The notes: a model not told the origin generated them from the sequence alone. A stretch of 32,000 nt of DNA from Formosa sp. Hel1_33_131 (GCF_001735745.1 NZ_CP017260.1:2703159-2735158); one strand, 5' to 3'. Positions 1 through 8,052 are shown, counted from the first letter of the stretch. Numbers and translations: made by a program.

Positions 1-454
1 TCAAATAGTCTAAGGTCGATTGTTCTTTTTCAGAAAATATGTCAGACATCTTTTTGTTCTTTAACTTTTGGTTCAGTTTTAGAATTTTAAGTTTATCAGA
101 AAAATTCCCGATTCCAGATAGAAGTGTTGGAAATAGTAACGAAAGATTTCTTAAAGGATCGCCTATTATTTTTTGGGCATTTGCCTTAAAAATAGAAGCG
201 CCTGGTAAAAATTTCTGCAATTCTAAAGCCTCATAATCTAAATGTTTTTGAACTGCTGGATAGGCTGTGAGCAACACTTGAAACCCATGGTCCAATTGAT
301 ACCCATTTACAACATCTGTTTTAACACGACCTCCTACCCGATCTGTTGATTCTATAATCACAGGATGGTAGCCATGATTTTCTAAAACTCTGGCAGCGAT
401 GAGTCCGCTTATGCCAGCTCCAATAATATGTATTTTATAATCTTTTTTGTGCAT
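1..454 (-). CDS. NAD(P)/FAD-dependent oxidoreductase (flavin amine-oxidase/desaturase-like), N-terminal 151 codons; the 3' end lies beyond the left edge of the window
   Basis: Absent from the ORF track because it runs off the edge. Manual translation from the ATG (reverse complement of 452-454) gives MHKKDYKIHIIGAGISGLIAARVLENHGYHPVIIESTDRVGGRVKTDVVNGYQLDHGFQVLLTAYPAVQKHLDYEALELQKFLPGASIF... I checked all 151 codons down to nt 2 and found no stop. It has a GxGxxG dinucleotide-binding fingerprint followed by E-x4-GGR. Its start lies 10 nt downstream of the preceding same-strand gene's stop. Confidence 0.8.
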   Translation of the reverse strand, partial: MHKKDYKIHIIGAGISGLIAARVLENHGYHPVIIESTDRVGGRVKTDVVNGYQLDHGFQVLLTAYPAVQKHLDYEALELQKFLPGASIFKANAQKIIGDPLRNLSLLFPTLLSGIGNFSDKLKILKLNQKLKNKKMSDIFSEKEQSTLDYL

Positions 455-464
455 CATTTTTTTA

Positions 465-1922
465 TCATCTGGCATTTACATGTGTTTGTAAAAGGCGTTT
501 CATTTCCCCCTGCACAGCGGGATGCTTTTTATGTCCCCATATTTTATCTCTTGCCAGCCGTGCACTCTCTTGCAAATCCACAATTGGAAGTGGATAATCC
601 TCTCCAATGCTAACCCCACAAAACGTCTGCTCCATAGCGGACATATTCCAAGGTTCGTGAATGTATGCTACAGGAACATTACTCAATTCTGGAATCCATT
701 TTTTGATAAAGGCACCTTCGGGGTCGTGCTCCTGAGAATTTTTCACAGGATTGTATAAACGTACCGTATTAATTCCCGTAGTGCCAGCTTGCATCTGAAA
801 CTGTGGATAGTGAATGCCCGGTTCATAATCTAAAAACTGTCGGGCCAAATGGTAAGTGCCATCTCGCCAATCTTGATCTAGATTCAACGTTAAAAAAGAC
901 ACCACCATGGCACGCATCCTAAAATTAATCCAACCCGTATTTTCAACAGCACGCATACACGCATCGATTAATGGATACCCTGTGCTGCCCGTTTTCCAAG
1001 CTTTGATAAACGCTTCATTCTTCTGGTGTTCTAAAAGCTCATACCCTTTGTTAATACACTCCGTTTCATAACGGCACTCCACTTCAAATTTCTGAATAAA
1101 ATGACAATGCCAATGAAGTCTGGTAAGCATCGCCGAAAAAGCCTTGCTGTTTCTGGTGCCGTTAGGATGCGTGCCAATAAAGTGAAACGCTTGTTTGATA
1201 CTCATATTCCCCCAAGCGAAGTAAGGGGATAAGCGACTGCAAGACATCCTGCTTTCGGTTGGTTTTGAGATGTGTTTCTGATAATTAAACCCGCGTTGGT
1301 TGGTAAAGGACTTTATATACCGCCATGCATTTTGTTCCCCTGCTGGTTGGTACTGTTTCGGATAGTCTTTTAATTGAGTCTCTAATTTTTCAGGCAGTAA
1401 AAAGGAATGTTCTAAAGGCTCTTCTTTAGATACAGAATAGCTGTTTTGAAGTACCAGTTTGTGCATTGTAATGTGCCACTGCTTGTTCCAATCTTCTCTA
1501 TTTTTAATACCTCTTAGAATACCATCCCGTTGCGACTCTTGCCAATCAATTTGATGTTGCTTACAGAAAATGGTGATTTGTTTGTCACGTTGCCAAGTCC
1601 CTTGAGTGCCACTTTCGCGATAGCTAAAAATGTTGTTTATATCAAAGCTTTCTTCAAGTTGTTCAAATACGTCGATGGCTTCTCCATAAAACACCTCTAC
1701 ACTCCTATTGAAAGGCGCCAGCGTTTTATTTAAGGCTGCAATAGAATGGTACACAAACTGCAAATGCCGTGGGCTTGTATCTGGATATTCAATTCTAGAA
1801 GGCTCAAATACATAGATGATTCGATATGGAATACCAGCACGCTCAGCCTTTAATAAAGGTTCGTGATCTTGCGATCGAAGGTCCCGTTTTAACCAAACAA
1901 TATTTACAGTCTGTTTTTTCAA
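465..1922 (-). CDS. Cryptochrome/photolyase family (CPF) flavoprotein with canonical domain order
   Basis: 485 aa. The N-terminus, [17 protein letters not shown], is a photolyase alpha/beta domain. The C-terminal FAD-binding domain shows [57 protein letters not shown] and HEPW. The start is TTG (1920-1922) and overlaps the upstream gene's stop by 4 nt (TTGA). Confidence 0.9.
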   Translation of the reverse strand: MKKQTVNIVWLKRDLRSQDHEPLLKAERAGIPYRIIYVFEPSRIEYPDTSPRHLQFVYHSIAALNKTLAPFNRSVEVFYGEAIDVFEQLEESFDINNIFSYRESGTQGTWQRDKQITIFCKQHQIDWQESQRDGILRGIKNREDWNKQWHITMHKLVLQNSYSVSKEEPLEHSFLLPEKLETQLKDYPKQYQPAGEQNAWRYIKSFTNQRGFNYQKHISKPTESRMSCSRLSPYFAWGNMSIKQAFHFIGTHPNGTRNSKAFSAMLTRLHWHCHFIQKFEVECRYETECINKGYELLEHQKNEAFIKAWKTGSTGYPLIDACMRAVENTGWINFRMRAMVVSFLTLNLDQDWRDGTYHLARQFLDYEPGIHYPQFQMQAGTTGINTVRLYNPVKNSQEHDPEGAFIKKWIPELSNVPVAYIHEPWNMSAMEQTFCGVSIGEDYPLPIVDLQESARLARDKIWGHKKHPAVQGEMKRLLQTHVNAR

Positions 1923-3037
1923 TATGTAAGCTGTTTTTTACATTTTTTCCAAAATGAAAAGAAGGACGGGAAATAGCCCTGAACCTCAAACATCCAATCT
2001 CTCGATTCTTCAATGCCATGGTAATGCTGGCTTAACGGATGTTCTTTAAAATAGATATTTGTAAGCTTATAATCTGTAACTAGATCCTTAAATTCTCCTA
2101 CATAAACTTGAATCGTATCTATATTTTCTTTTGAGATGTTTAGAATAAAATCAATTGTTTTTTGAGAGACGGGATAGGCCTCAAAATGAGAGGGCTCTAA
2201 TAGTAATATCCTATTGACTGAAATATCTTTTTTCCAAAGGGGATCTAAGTTATAGAAATTATAGATGCAGGTTGGAAGTGTACCATCAATCAATAAAGTA
2301 GTTTGTTTTGGCAACGGAGTTTTCAACTCAATATCAGGAGTATCTTTTAAAATCTCAGGGATTTTCATCGAAGCAAATGCTTCATAAGGTACATCTAAAA
2401 AGGTGTTTTTTTGGGCTGTAAAACAGTACTTATTAATATTCTCTTGATTGGCTACATACTTTTTGTTGGCATTCGCCCCAGAAACCCACTGCCAACTTAA
2501 GGCATTACTCGCCCAGTCGGCATCCAATAAATGGTAATACATCCACTGTGCTGGAACTTTCCAATGACTTTGGCCCATATTACACGCCACAGCAGCAGTG
2601 TACATTCTCAAATGATTGTGCATATAGCCTGTTTTGTAAAGTGCTTCAATAGCATCGTCTAGCGCCTCAACACCCGTTAGGGAGTCTACAATAGATTTTG
2701 AAATTGAATTGTTAGAAACGGGGGTTTGAGGGTGTTTTAAATCTTGATTGATGGCATCGCTTTTTGCAATCCAAACCTGTTGCCAATAATCTCTCCATGC
2801 CAATTCTTGAATAAATTTTTCAATTTGTGCCGGTTTATACCCTTTTTTTAAAACTTCAGATAGTATAAATTTAGTTGAAATAATCCCCCTTGAGATGTAG
2901 GGAGATAAGTGCGTGATCGCCCCATTTATATAGTTTCGAGTTGAACTGTATTTAACAGGATCAATAGCGCGAACACGCTGAAGGATTTCATCGTAAGCTA
3001 AGGGAAACATCGTATTTTCTTGGTTAAATAATTCCAT
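1919..3037 (-). CDS. Photolyase-related FAD-binding protein with apparently permuted domain order (FAD-binding helical domain first, alpha/beta domain last)
   Basis: 372 aa. Residues ~40-205 carry photolyase FAD-binding-domain motifs: [34 protein letters not shown] and [16 protein letters not shown]. Residues ~245-372 resemble the photolyase N-terminal alpha/beta domain: [56 protein letters not shown] and [11 protein letters not shown]. Confidence 0.75.
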   Translation of the reverse strand: MELFNQENTMFPLAYDEILQRVRAIDPVKYSSTRNYINGAITHLSPYISRGIISTKFILSEVLKKGYKPAQIEKFIQELAWRDYWQQVWIAKSDAINQDLKHPQTPVSNNSISKSIVDSLTGVEALDDAIEALYKTGYMHNHLRMYTAAVACNMGQSHWKVPAQWMYYHLLDADWASNALSWQWVSGANANKKYVANQENINKYCFTAQKNTFLDVPYEAFASMKIPEILKDTPDIELKTPLPKQTTLLIDGTLPTCIYNFYNLDPLWKKDISVNRILLLEPSHFEAYPVSQKTIDFILNISKENIDTIQVYVGEFKDLVTDYKLTNIYFKEHPLSQHYHGIEESRDWMFEVQGYFPSFFSFWKKCKKQLTY

Positions 3038-3245
3038 GTATTGTGTGCTTATTTATTATTTTGAAACTATTTGATAAAGATATAATATGTTTAACTATTA
3101 TGCAGTATTGTCAAACGAGAATAATTCATATTATTAGGCAATTAATTAAGCCTTCTCCTAAACTATTGGATTTGTTACTTTCGGACGCGCGCCCTCCTAT
3201 TAAAAATTGAAATTCAACTTTTCAGTTTATTAAGTTTACACAGCG

Positions 3246-3253
3246 TATATTTG
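3246..3253 (+). promoter_or_regulatory. Candidate Bacteroidetes-type -7 promoter box TATATTTG
   Basis: Exact match to TAnnTTTG, 48 nt upstream of the ATG at 3302, in a 264-bp divergent intergenic region. Confidence 0.4.
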
Positions 3254-3301
3254 TCCAAATATTTACGAATACATCTTTAACCAGTGATCTCTTAAATTTC
3301 T

Positions 3302-3913
3302 ATGCCTTTTAAAAAATTACATTCTGATATTCGAGAGAAATTAGAATCTCTAAACATACAAACGCCAACGCCATTTCAGAGCAGCAGCATTCCCATTATT
3401 AAAAGTGGTGTGAATGTATATTGCACCGCTCCTAAAGACAGTGGTAAAACAACCACCCTTGTATTGACTACCTTACAAAAGTTAAAATGTGAGGCTGACG
3501 GAAATGCGCCTAGAGCCGTTGTTCTTGTAGAAAACAAGGAACGGGCGATGGAATTATACGAAACGTTTTTAGCCTATACAAAATACAATTCTTTACGCGT
3601 TTATGTAGGGCATGAACAGCTGCATATAGACATTCAGAAATCGGAAATATTTGAGGGTACAGACATTCTTATTTCTACTCCCAAAACAATGAATAAGTTG
3701 TTCTTATTAAATGGTGTCAGCACTGCACAATTAAAAATAATCAGTATTGATGATGCGGAATTTCTTTCGCAACACTCCTCCTATTCGGCGATTATGTCGA
3801 TTTCTCAGAGTATCCAAAAATGTCAATATGTCATTTACTCAGAAAAAATGACTAAAATGCTTGAGCGTTTTGAATCTTATTTTATGGAACGTTCAAAAAT
3901 CGTTTCTTTTTAG
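3302..3913 (+). CDS. DEAD-box-helicase-like protein with a RecA1 domain only and degenerate motifs
   Basis: 203 aa. Q-motif-like TPFQSSSIP; motif I APKDSGKTT; motif Ia region VVLVENKERAMEL (canonical PTRELA); STPKT in place of TPGR; DDAE in place of DEAD. There is no helicase C-terminal (RecA2) domain, because the next gene starts 30 nt later. Confidence 0.6.
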   Translation: MPFKKLHSDIREKLESLNIQTPTPFQSSSIPIIKSGVNVYCTAPKDSGKTTTLVLTTLQKLKCEADGNAPRAVVLVENKERAMELYETFLAYTKYNSLRVYVGHEQLHIDIQKSEIFEGTDILISTPKTMNKLFLLNGVSTAQLKIISIDDAEFLSQHSSYSAIMSISQSIQKCQYVIYSEKMTKMLERFESYFMERSKIVSF

Positions 3914-3943
3914 AAATTACCATTTAACATTCACGACGTCACT

Positions 3944-4579
3944 ATGATACCTAAATTACATTATATTTCACAGGGGAATTCGCCCAAAGCACATCTGGAT
4001 CACATTCAAAATGCCTGTGCAGCAGGTGCGGAATTAGTCGTGTTAAACCTTCAAAACAGTTCTGAAAAGAAGTATTTAAAAATAGTGAAACAGGCAAGAG
4101 AGATCACGTCTCATTTTCAAACACGTTTAATTATTAGCGCACATTATAAAATAGCTAAAGAACTAAAAGTAGATGGCATCCATTTAGATTTTACATCGCC
4201 CTGCCCTACTATTATTCGAAAAGAGTTACTCCCTTGGCAACTGATTGGAGCGACCGCAAACAACTTGCAAGATTGTGAGACTTACATCGAAAAGGAAGTC
4301 GATTATATATACTTAGCACCATTTAGAGCAAAGGAAGACATTCAAGGAACTCCATTAGGCTTGAACGGTTTTACCGCAATTACAGAAGCCTTAAAAACCG
4401 AAACGCCTATTATTGGCGTTGGAGGGATCACTACAACTGATGTTACAGCCATCTTAGAAACCGGAATTTCTGGAGTTGGGGTTTCTGATGAAATCACACA
4501 AGATTTTAATACCATAAAAACATTTAACCAACTATTGACGGCTTCTTCAACAGAAGAACAACGCCATTCGTTTCAATAA
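3944..4579 (+). CDS. Thiamine-phosphate synthase family protein (ThiE/TenI-like TIM barrel)
   Basis: 211 aa. It has a typical family layout, ending with PIIGVGGITTTDVTAILETGISGVGVSDEI (phosphate-binding loop region) and an earlier VDGIHL segment. Confidence 0.7.
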   Translation: MIPKLHYISQGNSPKAHLDHIQNACAAGAELVVLNLQNSSEKKYLKIVKQAREITSHFQTRLIISAHYKIAKELKVDGIHLDFTSPCPTIIRKELLPWQLIGATANNLQDCETYIEKEVDYIYLAPFRAKEDIQGTPLGLNGFTAITEALKTETPIIGVGGITTTDVTAILETGISGVGVSDEITQDFNTIKTFNQLLTASSTEEQRHSFQ

Positions 4580-4613
4580 ATGACTGTAGGAGTTGTTAGG
4601 TTAAATTAAGTTA

Positions 4614-5795
4614 TTACGCTAACAAATCATATTTGTTACTTGGAGGAAATAATAAATTTAAACTATTGTCTTTTAATTTAAATAAAGGTCCTTTTTCTGC
4701 GCCTCCACCAGTTGGAGTTCTTTTGATTAAATGATCTACTGTAATTATTCCTTGTTCTAAAAGTAAATCAAATTGTGAGATAATTGGTTTTCTTGTGTGT
4801 TCAACTAGTTTATATTGAAAATGTTCTTTGCCTCTTATTTTAATACTATCAGCAGCGATCCAAAATGTTTCTTTATGTTTCTCTAATAGTCGTTGATGTA
4901 ATTTTTCCAGAGTCCATACAACAAAATCACCAACTTCTTTTTTGTCCGAAGTTTCTATTAAATGGTTTATATCTGAATTAATTTTTAATGAGAGACCTTG
5001 TGAGTTGACTACAATAGTAGATAAAGTACAATACAATTTAAAAGCACTTCCTCTGCTATAACCGAACTCATTTAATATCTCTGTTGAATTTTTAAATTTG
5101 CTTAATGTCCAATCTGGTACTTGAGCAAATAAATTCTTCCGATTCCCTTTTGAAGATCGATAAGATTTCAGTTCAATTCCTTTGTAATCTGGTAATTTAG
5201 AAGAATTAATATCTATTCCCAAGGCTGTTTCTAAAGTACGTCCAACAGATGTATCAGCATTAACCATTGAAGGAATTGGACCTTTCTTAGCAATTGTTGT
5301 TAATAAGCCTAGTAATTCATTCGCAATTACATTTTCATTATAATTAATTTCTTGTACTAATTCTTTTAAGGGGTTAGAATTAACACCATTTATTAATTGG
5401 CTAACTGGCAGTTGAGTTACATTGATAATGTGAATTACACCATCAAAACAAATTAATCCTAGAACATCATTTGGTTGTGTGTGTTTAGATATTTCTGAAA
5501 ACCATATTCTTGGATCTCCTGTTTTTGTCTTAGGCCTGTATAACGAAGTTTTGGATTTTAAAACAGAATTTACATCATAAATTAAAGCATCAATAATTAT
5601 TTTATGATCAGGACCTTGAAGTTGTAAGCTATAATCGTGAAAGTTATTAGTTCTTAAATAATTCCTTACAGTTCCGGTTGCATCCATTATAGACTTCTTA
5701 AGTCCATTTTCAGTAGGTTCAATTAAAGTTAAGGAGATTGAGTTTTTAGTTAAAACCTTAAGCTTATCTTCTTCTTGGGGAGTTAATAATCTCAT
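4614..5795 (-). CDS. Type II restriction endonuclease: C-terminal MvaI/BcnI/MutH-like PD-(D/E)xK nuclease domain plus an extra ~165-aa N-terminal domain
   Basis: 393 aa. The catalytic-type motif is LPDYKGIELKSYR (D203, E208, K210). The C-terminal GGGAEKGPLFKLKDNSLNLLF resembles the C-terminal region of BcnI/MvaI as I recall it. The start overlaps the methyltransferase stop in ATGA (5792-5795). The island is low in GC. Confidence 0.7.
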   Translation of the reverse strand: MRLLTPQEEDKLKVLTKNSISLTLIEPTENGLKKSIMDATGTVRNYLRTNNFHDYSLQLQGPDHKIIIDALIYDVNSVLKSKTSLYRPKTKTGDPRIWFSEISKHTQPNDVLGLICFDGVIHIINVTQLPVSQLINGVNSNPLKELVQEINYNENVIANELLGLLTTIAKKGPIPSMVNADTSVGRTLETALGIDINSSKLPDYKGIELKSYRSSKGNRKNLFAQVPDWTLSKFKNSTEILNEFGYSRGSAFKLYCTLSTIVVNSQGLSLKINSDINHLIETSDKKEVGDFVVWTLEKLHQRLLEKHKETFWIAADSIKIRGKEHFQYKLVEHTRKPIISQFDLLLEQGIITVDHLIKRTPTGGGAEKGPLFKLKDNSLNLLFPPSNKYDLLA

Positions 5796-8005
5796 TTAAT
5801 GTGTTTCAAAATTTCAATTGCAACTGCTCTAGCCATTAATGGAGGCACTGCGTTTCCGACTAATGTATATTGGGGCAGTTCGGTTTTTCTATTATTTCCG
5901 CCCGTTGAACGTTTTCCTTGAAAAACGAATGAATCATCAAATGATTGTAACCTTGCCATTTCCCTAACAGTTAATGCTCTTGGTGAGTTATAGTGAATGT
6001 AATCATCTGGAATAGTCATAACCGTAGGACTTTGATTCTCTGGTTTTAATACATTGTAATTTCTTTTATTAGACGATAAACCACATTCATTTAATTTATT
6101 TTGTGCTTTTTTATAATTTCCTTCTTTTAAAATTATATCAAGTCGTTTAATTACATCCTCTCCTTGGTTACTTGTTTTATGATTATGAAGTAGGTCATAA
6201 ACTTTTTCTCCATTATTAAGAGCTAATTCACTTTTTACATAAAAAGGTTTGGTTGCTTTTTCAAATCGACCGTTTAGCCGACCTCTCTTACTCCATTCTG
6301 CAAAAGTTTTCCCTTTAGTTTTTATGAGTTTACCATCAATTGAACGAGCCTTAATTAGACCTTTCATTTTTTTAGCAGTTACATTATACTGTTTAGAAAT
6401 ATCTACTGACTGATATTGGTGAGCTTCTTGATTATTGCCAATAAAATCTAAATCATAAAGCGCTTCGAAAACAGAAACCTTCTCTTCTTCCTTAACAGTA
6501 GCAGGAATCTCAGATATGAATTTTTGATCTTTTCTACACCCTATAAATAAAACACGCTCTCTATTTTGTGGTACTCCATAATTTGATGAATTTGCTACAA
6601 ATGGCGCTTCTATTTTATAAAGTCTTATATCACTGATAATTGTATCTAATTCATTGCTTTGTTCTTTGTCACAATAGGCACGAATCATTGTGAGACAATC
6701 ATCAATATTTAGGACATATATTTTCAATGCTTGTATTATATCGTCACAAGATTTCTTAAAGTCTTTTACTACATTTAATCCATCAAATGCTTCTTCGACT
6801 TTATTGATTATTTCATTTGAATCAATATCCGTGAGGAATTGAGTGAAAGAATCTACAAAGAAATCGTTATCAATATTACAAAAATCCTTTTCACGAATAA
6901 TATCTCGTTTAAGTTTTTCCCATTCTTTACTTCTAGCTAAAATATTAAAACCGTGTCTGATCGTGCTAATTCTTTCATCCGTTTTACTCGTTTTGTAGTC
7001 AACAATATCTGGAGTTAACTTTCTGAACTTAGCATCAATTGTTCGTATATAAACTTCTTTCACTTCTTCAATTTTAGAATCCGTAAACTGTTCAATTTCA
7101 ATTCTTTTAATCAAACAATCTAACAAGAAACCGTTATCTGTATTAGTCGTTTTTAAAGATTTAATAAAAGAGGCTAAACGAGGGATTTCTTTAATATCAA
7201 CAATGGAATTAATTTCTTTTAGAATTAGTTCTTTTATTTTCCCTTTTTCCTTTGTTAAAATTCCTTTTACATTCTCCATAATAAAGTACTTGGGCTGAAG
7301 TACTTTGATTACTCCCAAATAATGAGCAAATAAATCATCCTTTTTATCAAACTTCTTTCTTTTGCCTGCTAAACTAAAACTCTGACAAGGAGGGCCTCCA
7401 CAAACTACGTCAACTTTTTTGCCTTTGGTTTTCGAAATTAAATTATCCAAAAAATCAGGTTCTGTAATATCTTGACATAAAAAATCCGCATCCAATCCTA
7501 ATTGATGATTGTATCTTACTATATGAGTTAATTCAGAGTTATCATTTATATCATTTGCTACAAGAAAATCAAAGAATTTATTGTTATGCTCTGCTTGTAA
7601 AAAACCTTCACTAAAACCGCCCGCACCTGCAAATAAATCAACAAACGTAAACGGTTTACCGTATAGAGGGATTTGTTCCCTTACAATGTTAACATTGTGA
7701 TTCTCTTTGTAAGCTTTTACAAAACCATGTAACTTTGTTTTGATTTCATTATTAGTATAACTTTTTTTATAGGAATTGTTTAGTAGTTCATCTGCCCTCT
7801 CCTTTAAATAATTCAAATAATGGTTAATTTCAGTAGATCTTTCTGAGTTTTGTTTTACAGTTTGAGTTTCCTTATCAAAATCTTGCCGTTTTATTTTTTC
7901 TCCAGTTGATAATTTAATTTGTTCAGAATTACAATTAATCCTTAAGTGAATTGGAGAGAATCCTTTTTTATTTGATTTATCGAGATAGAAGTTTATTGTA
8001 GCCAT
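5792..8005 (-). CDS. DNA (cytosine-5)-methyltransferase with an N-terminal integrase-arm-like DNA-binding domain and a large motif VI-VIII insertion
   Basis: 737 aa. Motif I FVDLFAGAGGFSEGF (121-135); IV GGPPCQSFS (203-211, Cys207); VI FIMENVKGIL (241-250); VIII QNRERVLFIG (480-489); IX TVREMARLQSFDDSFVF (679-695); X GNAVPPLMARAV (717-728). The N-terminus MATINFYLDKSNKKGFSPIHLRINCNSEQIKLSTGEKI... is arm-domain-like. Confidence 0.95.
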   Translation of the reverse strand: MATINFYLDKSNKKGFSPIHLRINCNSEQIKLSTGEKIKRQDFDKETQTVKQNSERSTEINHYLNYLKERADELLNNSYKKSYTNNEIKTKLHGFVKAYKENHNVNIVREQIPLYGKPFTFVDLFAGAGGFSEGFLQAEHNNKFFDFLVANDINDNSELTHIVRYNHQLGLDADFLCQDITEPDFLDNLISKTKGKKVDVVCGGPPCQSFSLAGKRKKFDKKDDLFAHYLGVIKVLQPKYFIMENVKGILTKEKGKIKELILKEINSIVDIKEIPRLASFIKSLKTTNTDNGFLLDCLIKRIEIEQFTDSKIEEVKEVYIRTIDAKFRKLTPDIVDYKTSKTDERISTIRHGFNILARSKEWEKLKRDIIREKDFCNIDNDFFVDSFTQFLTDIDSNEIINKVEEAFDGLNVVKDFKKSCDDIIQALKIYVLNIDDCLTMIRAYCDKEQSNELDTIISDIRLYKIEAPFVANSSNYGVPQNRERVLFIGCRKDQKFISEIPATVKEEEKVSVFEALYDLDFIGNNQEAHQYQSVDISKQYNVTAKKMKGLIKARSIDGKLIKTKGKTFAEWSKRGRLNGRFEKATKPFYVKSELALNNGEKVYDLLHNHKTSNQGEDVIKRLDIILKEGNYKKAQNKLNECGLSSNKRNYNVLKPENQSPTVMTIPDDYIHYNSPRALTVREMARLQSFDDSFVFQGKRSTGGNNRKTELPQYTLVGNAVPPLMARAVAIEILKHIK

Positions 8006-8016
8006 ACTTTATATTG

Positions 8017-8052
8017 CGGACGTTTTTACGGACACGGACAAATTTACGGACA
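8017..8052. repeat. Four CGGAC(A) direct repeats, including two copies of the 10-mer TTTACGGACA, in the methyltransferase promoter/leader
   Basis: CGGAC occurs at 8017-8021, 8029-8033, 8035-8039 and 8047-8051, a start spacing of 12/6/12 bp. TTTACGGACA occurs at 8025-8034 and 8043-8052. On the gene strand this reads GTCCGTAAATTTGTCCGTGTCCGTAAAAACGTCCG, ending 11 nt before the ATG. Confidence 0.8.
8039..8046 (-). promoter_or_regulatory. Candidate -7 promoter box TAAATTTG for the methyltransferase/endonuclease operon
   Basis: Exact TAnnTTTG match on the minus strand, 33 nt upstream of the ATG at 8005, lying between CGGAC repeats 3 and 4 and overlapping repeat 3 by one base. Confidence 0.45.

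Noticed and set aside
3914-3943. A TPP riboswitch upstream of the ThiE-like gene.
   Set aside because: The intergenic space is only 30 nt, far too short for a THI-box aptamer, and I saw no THI-box-like sequence.
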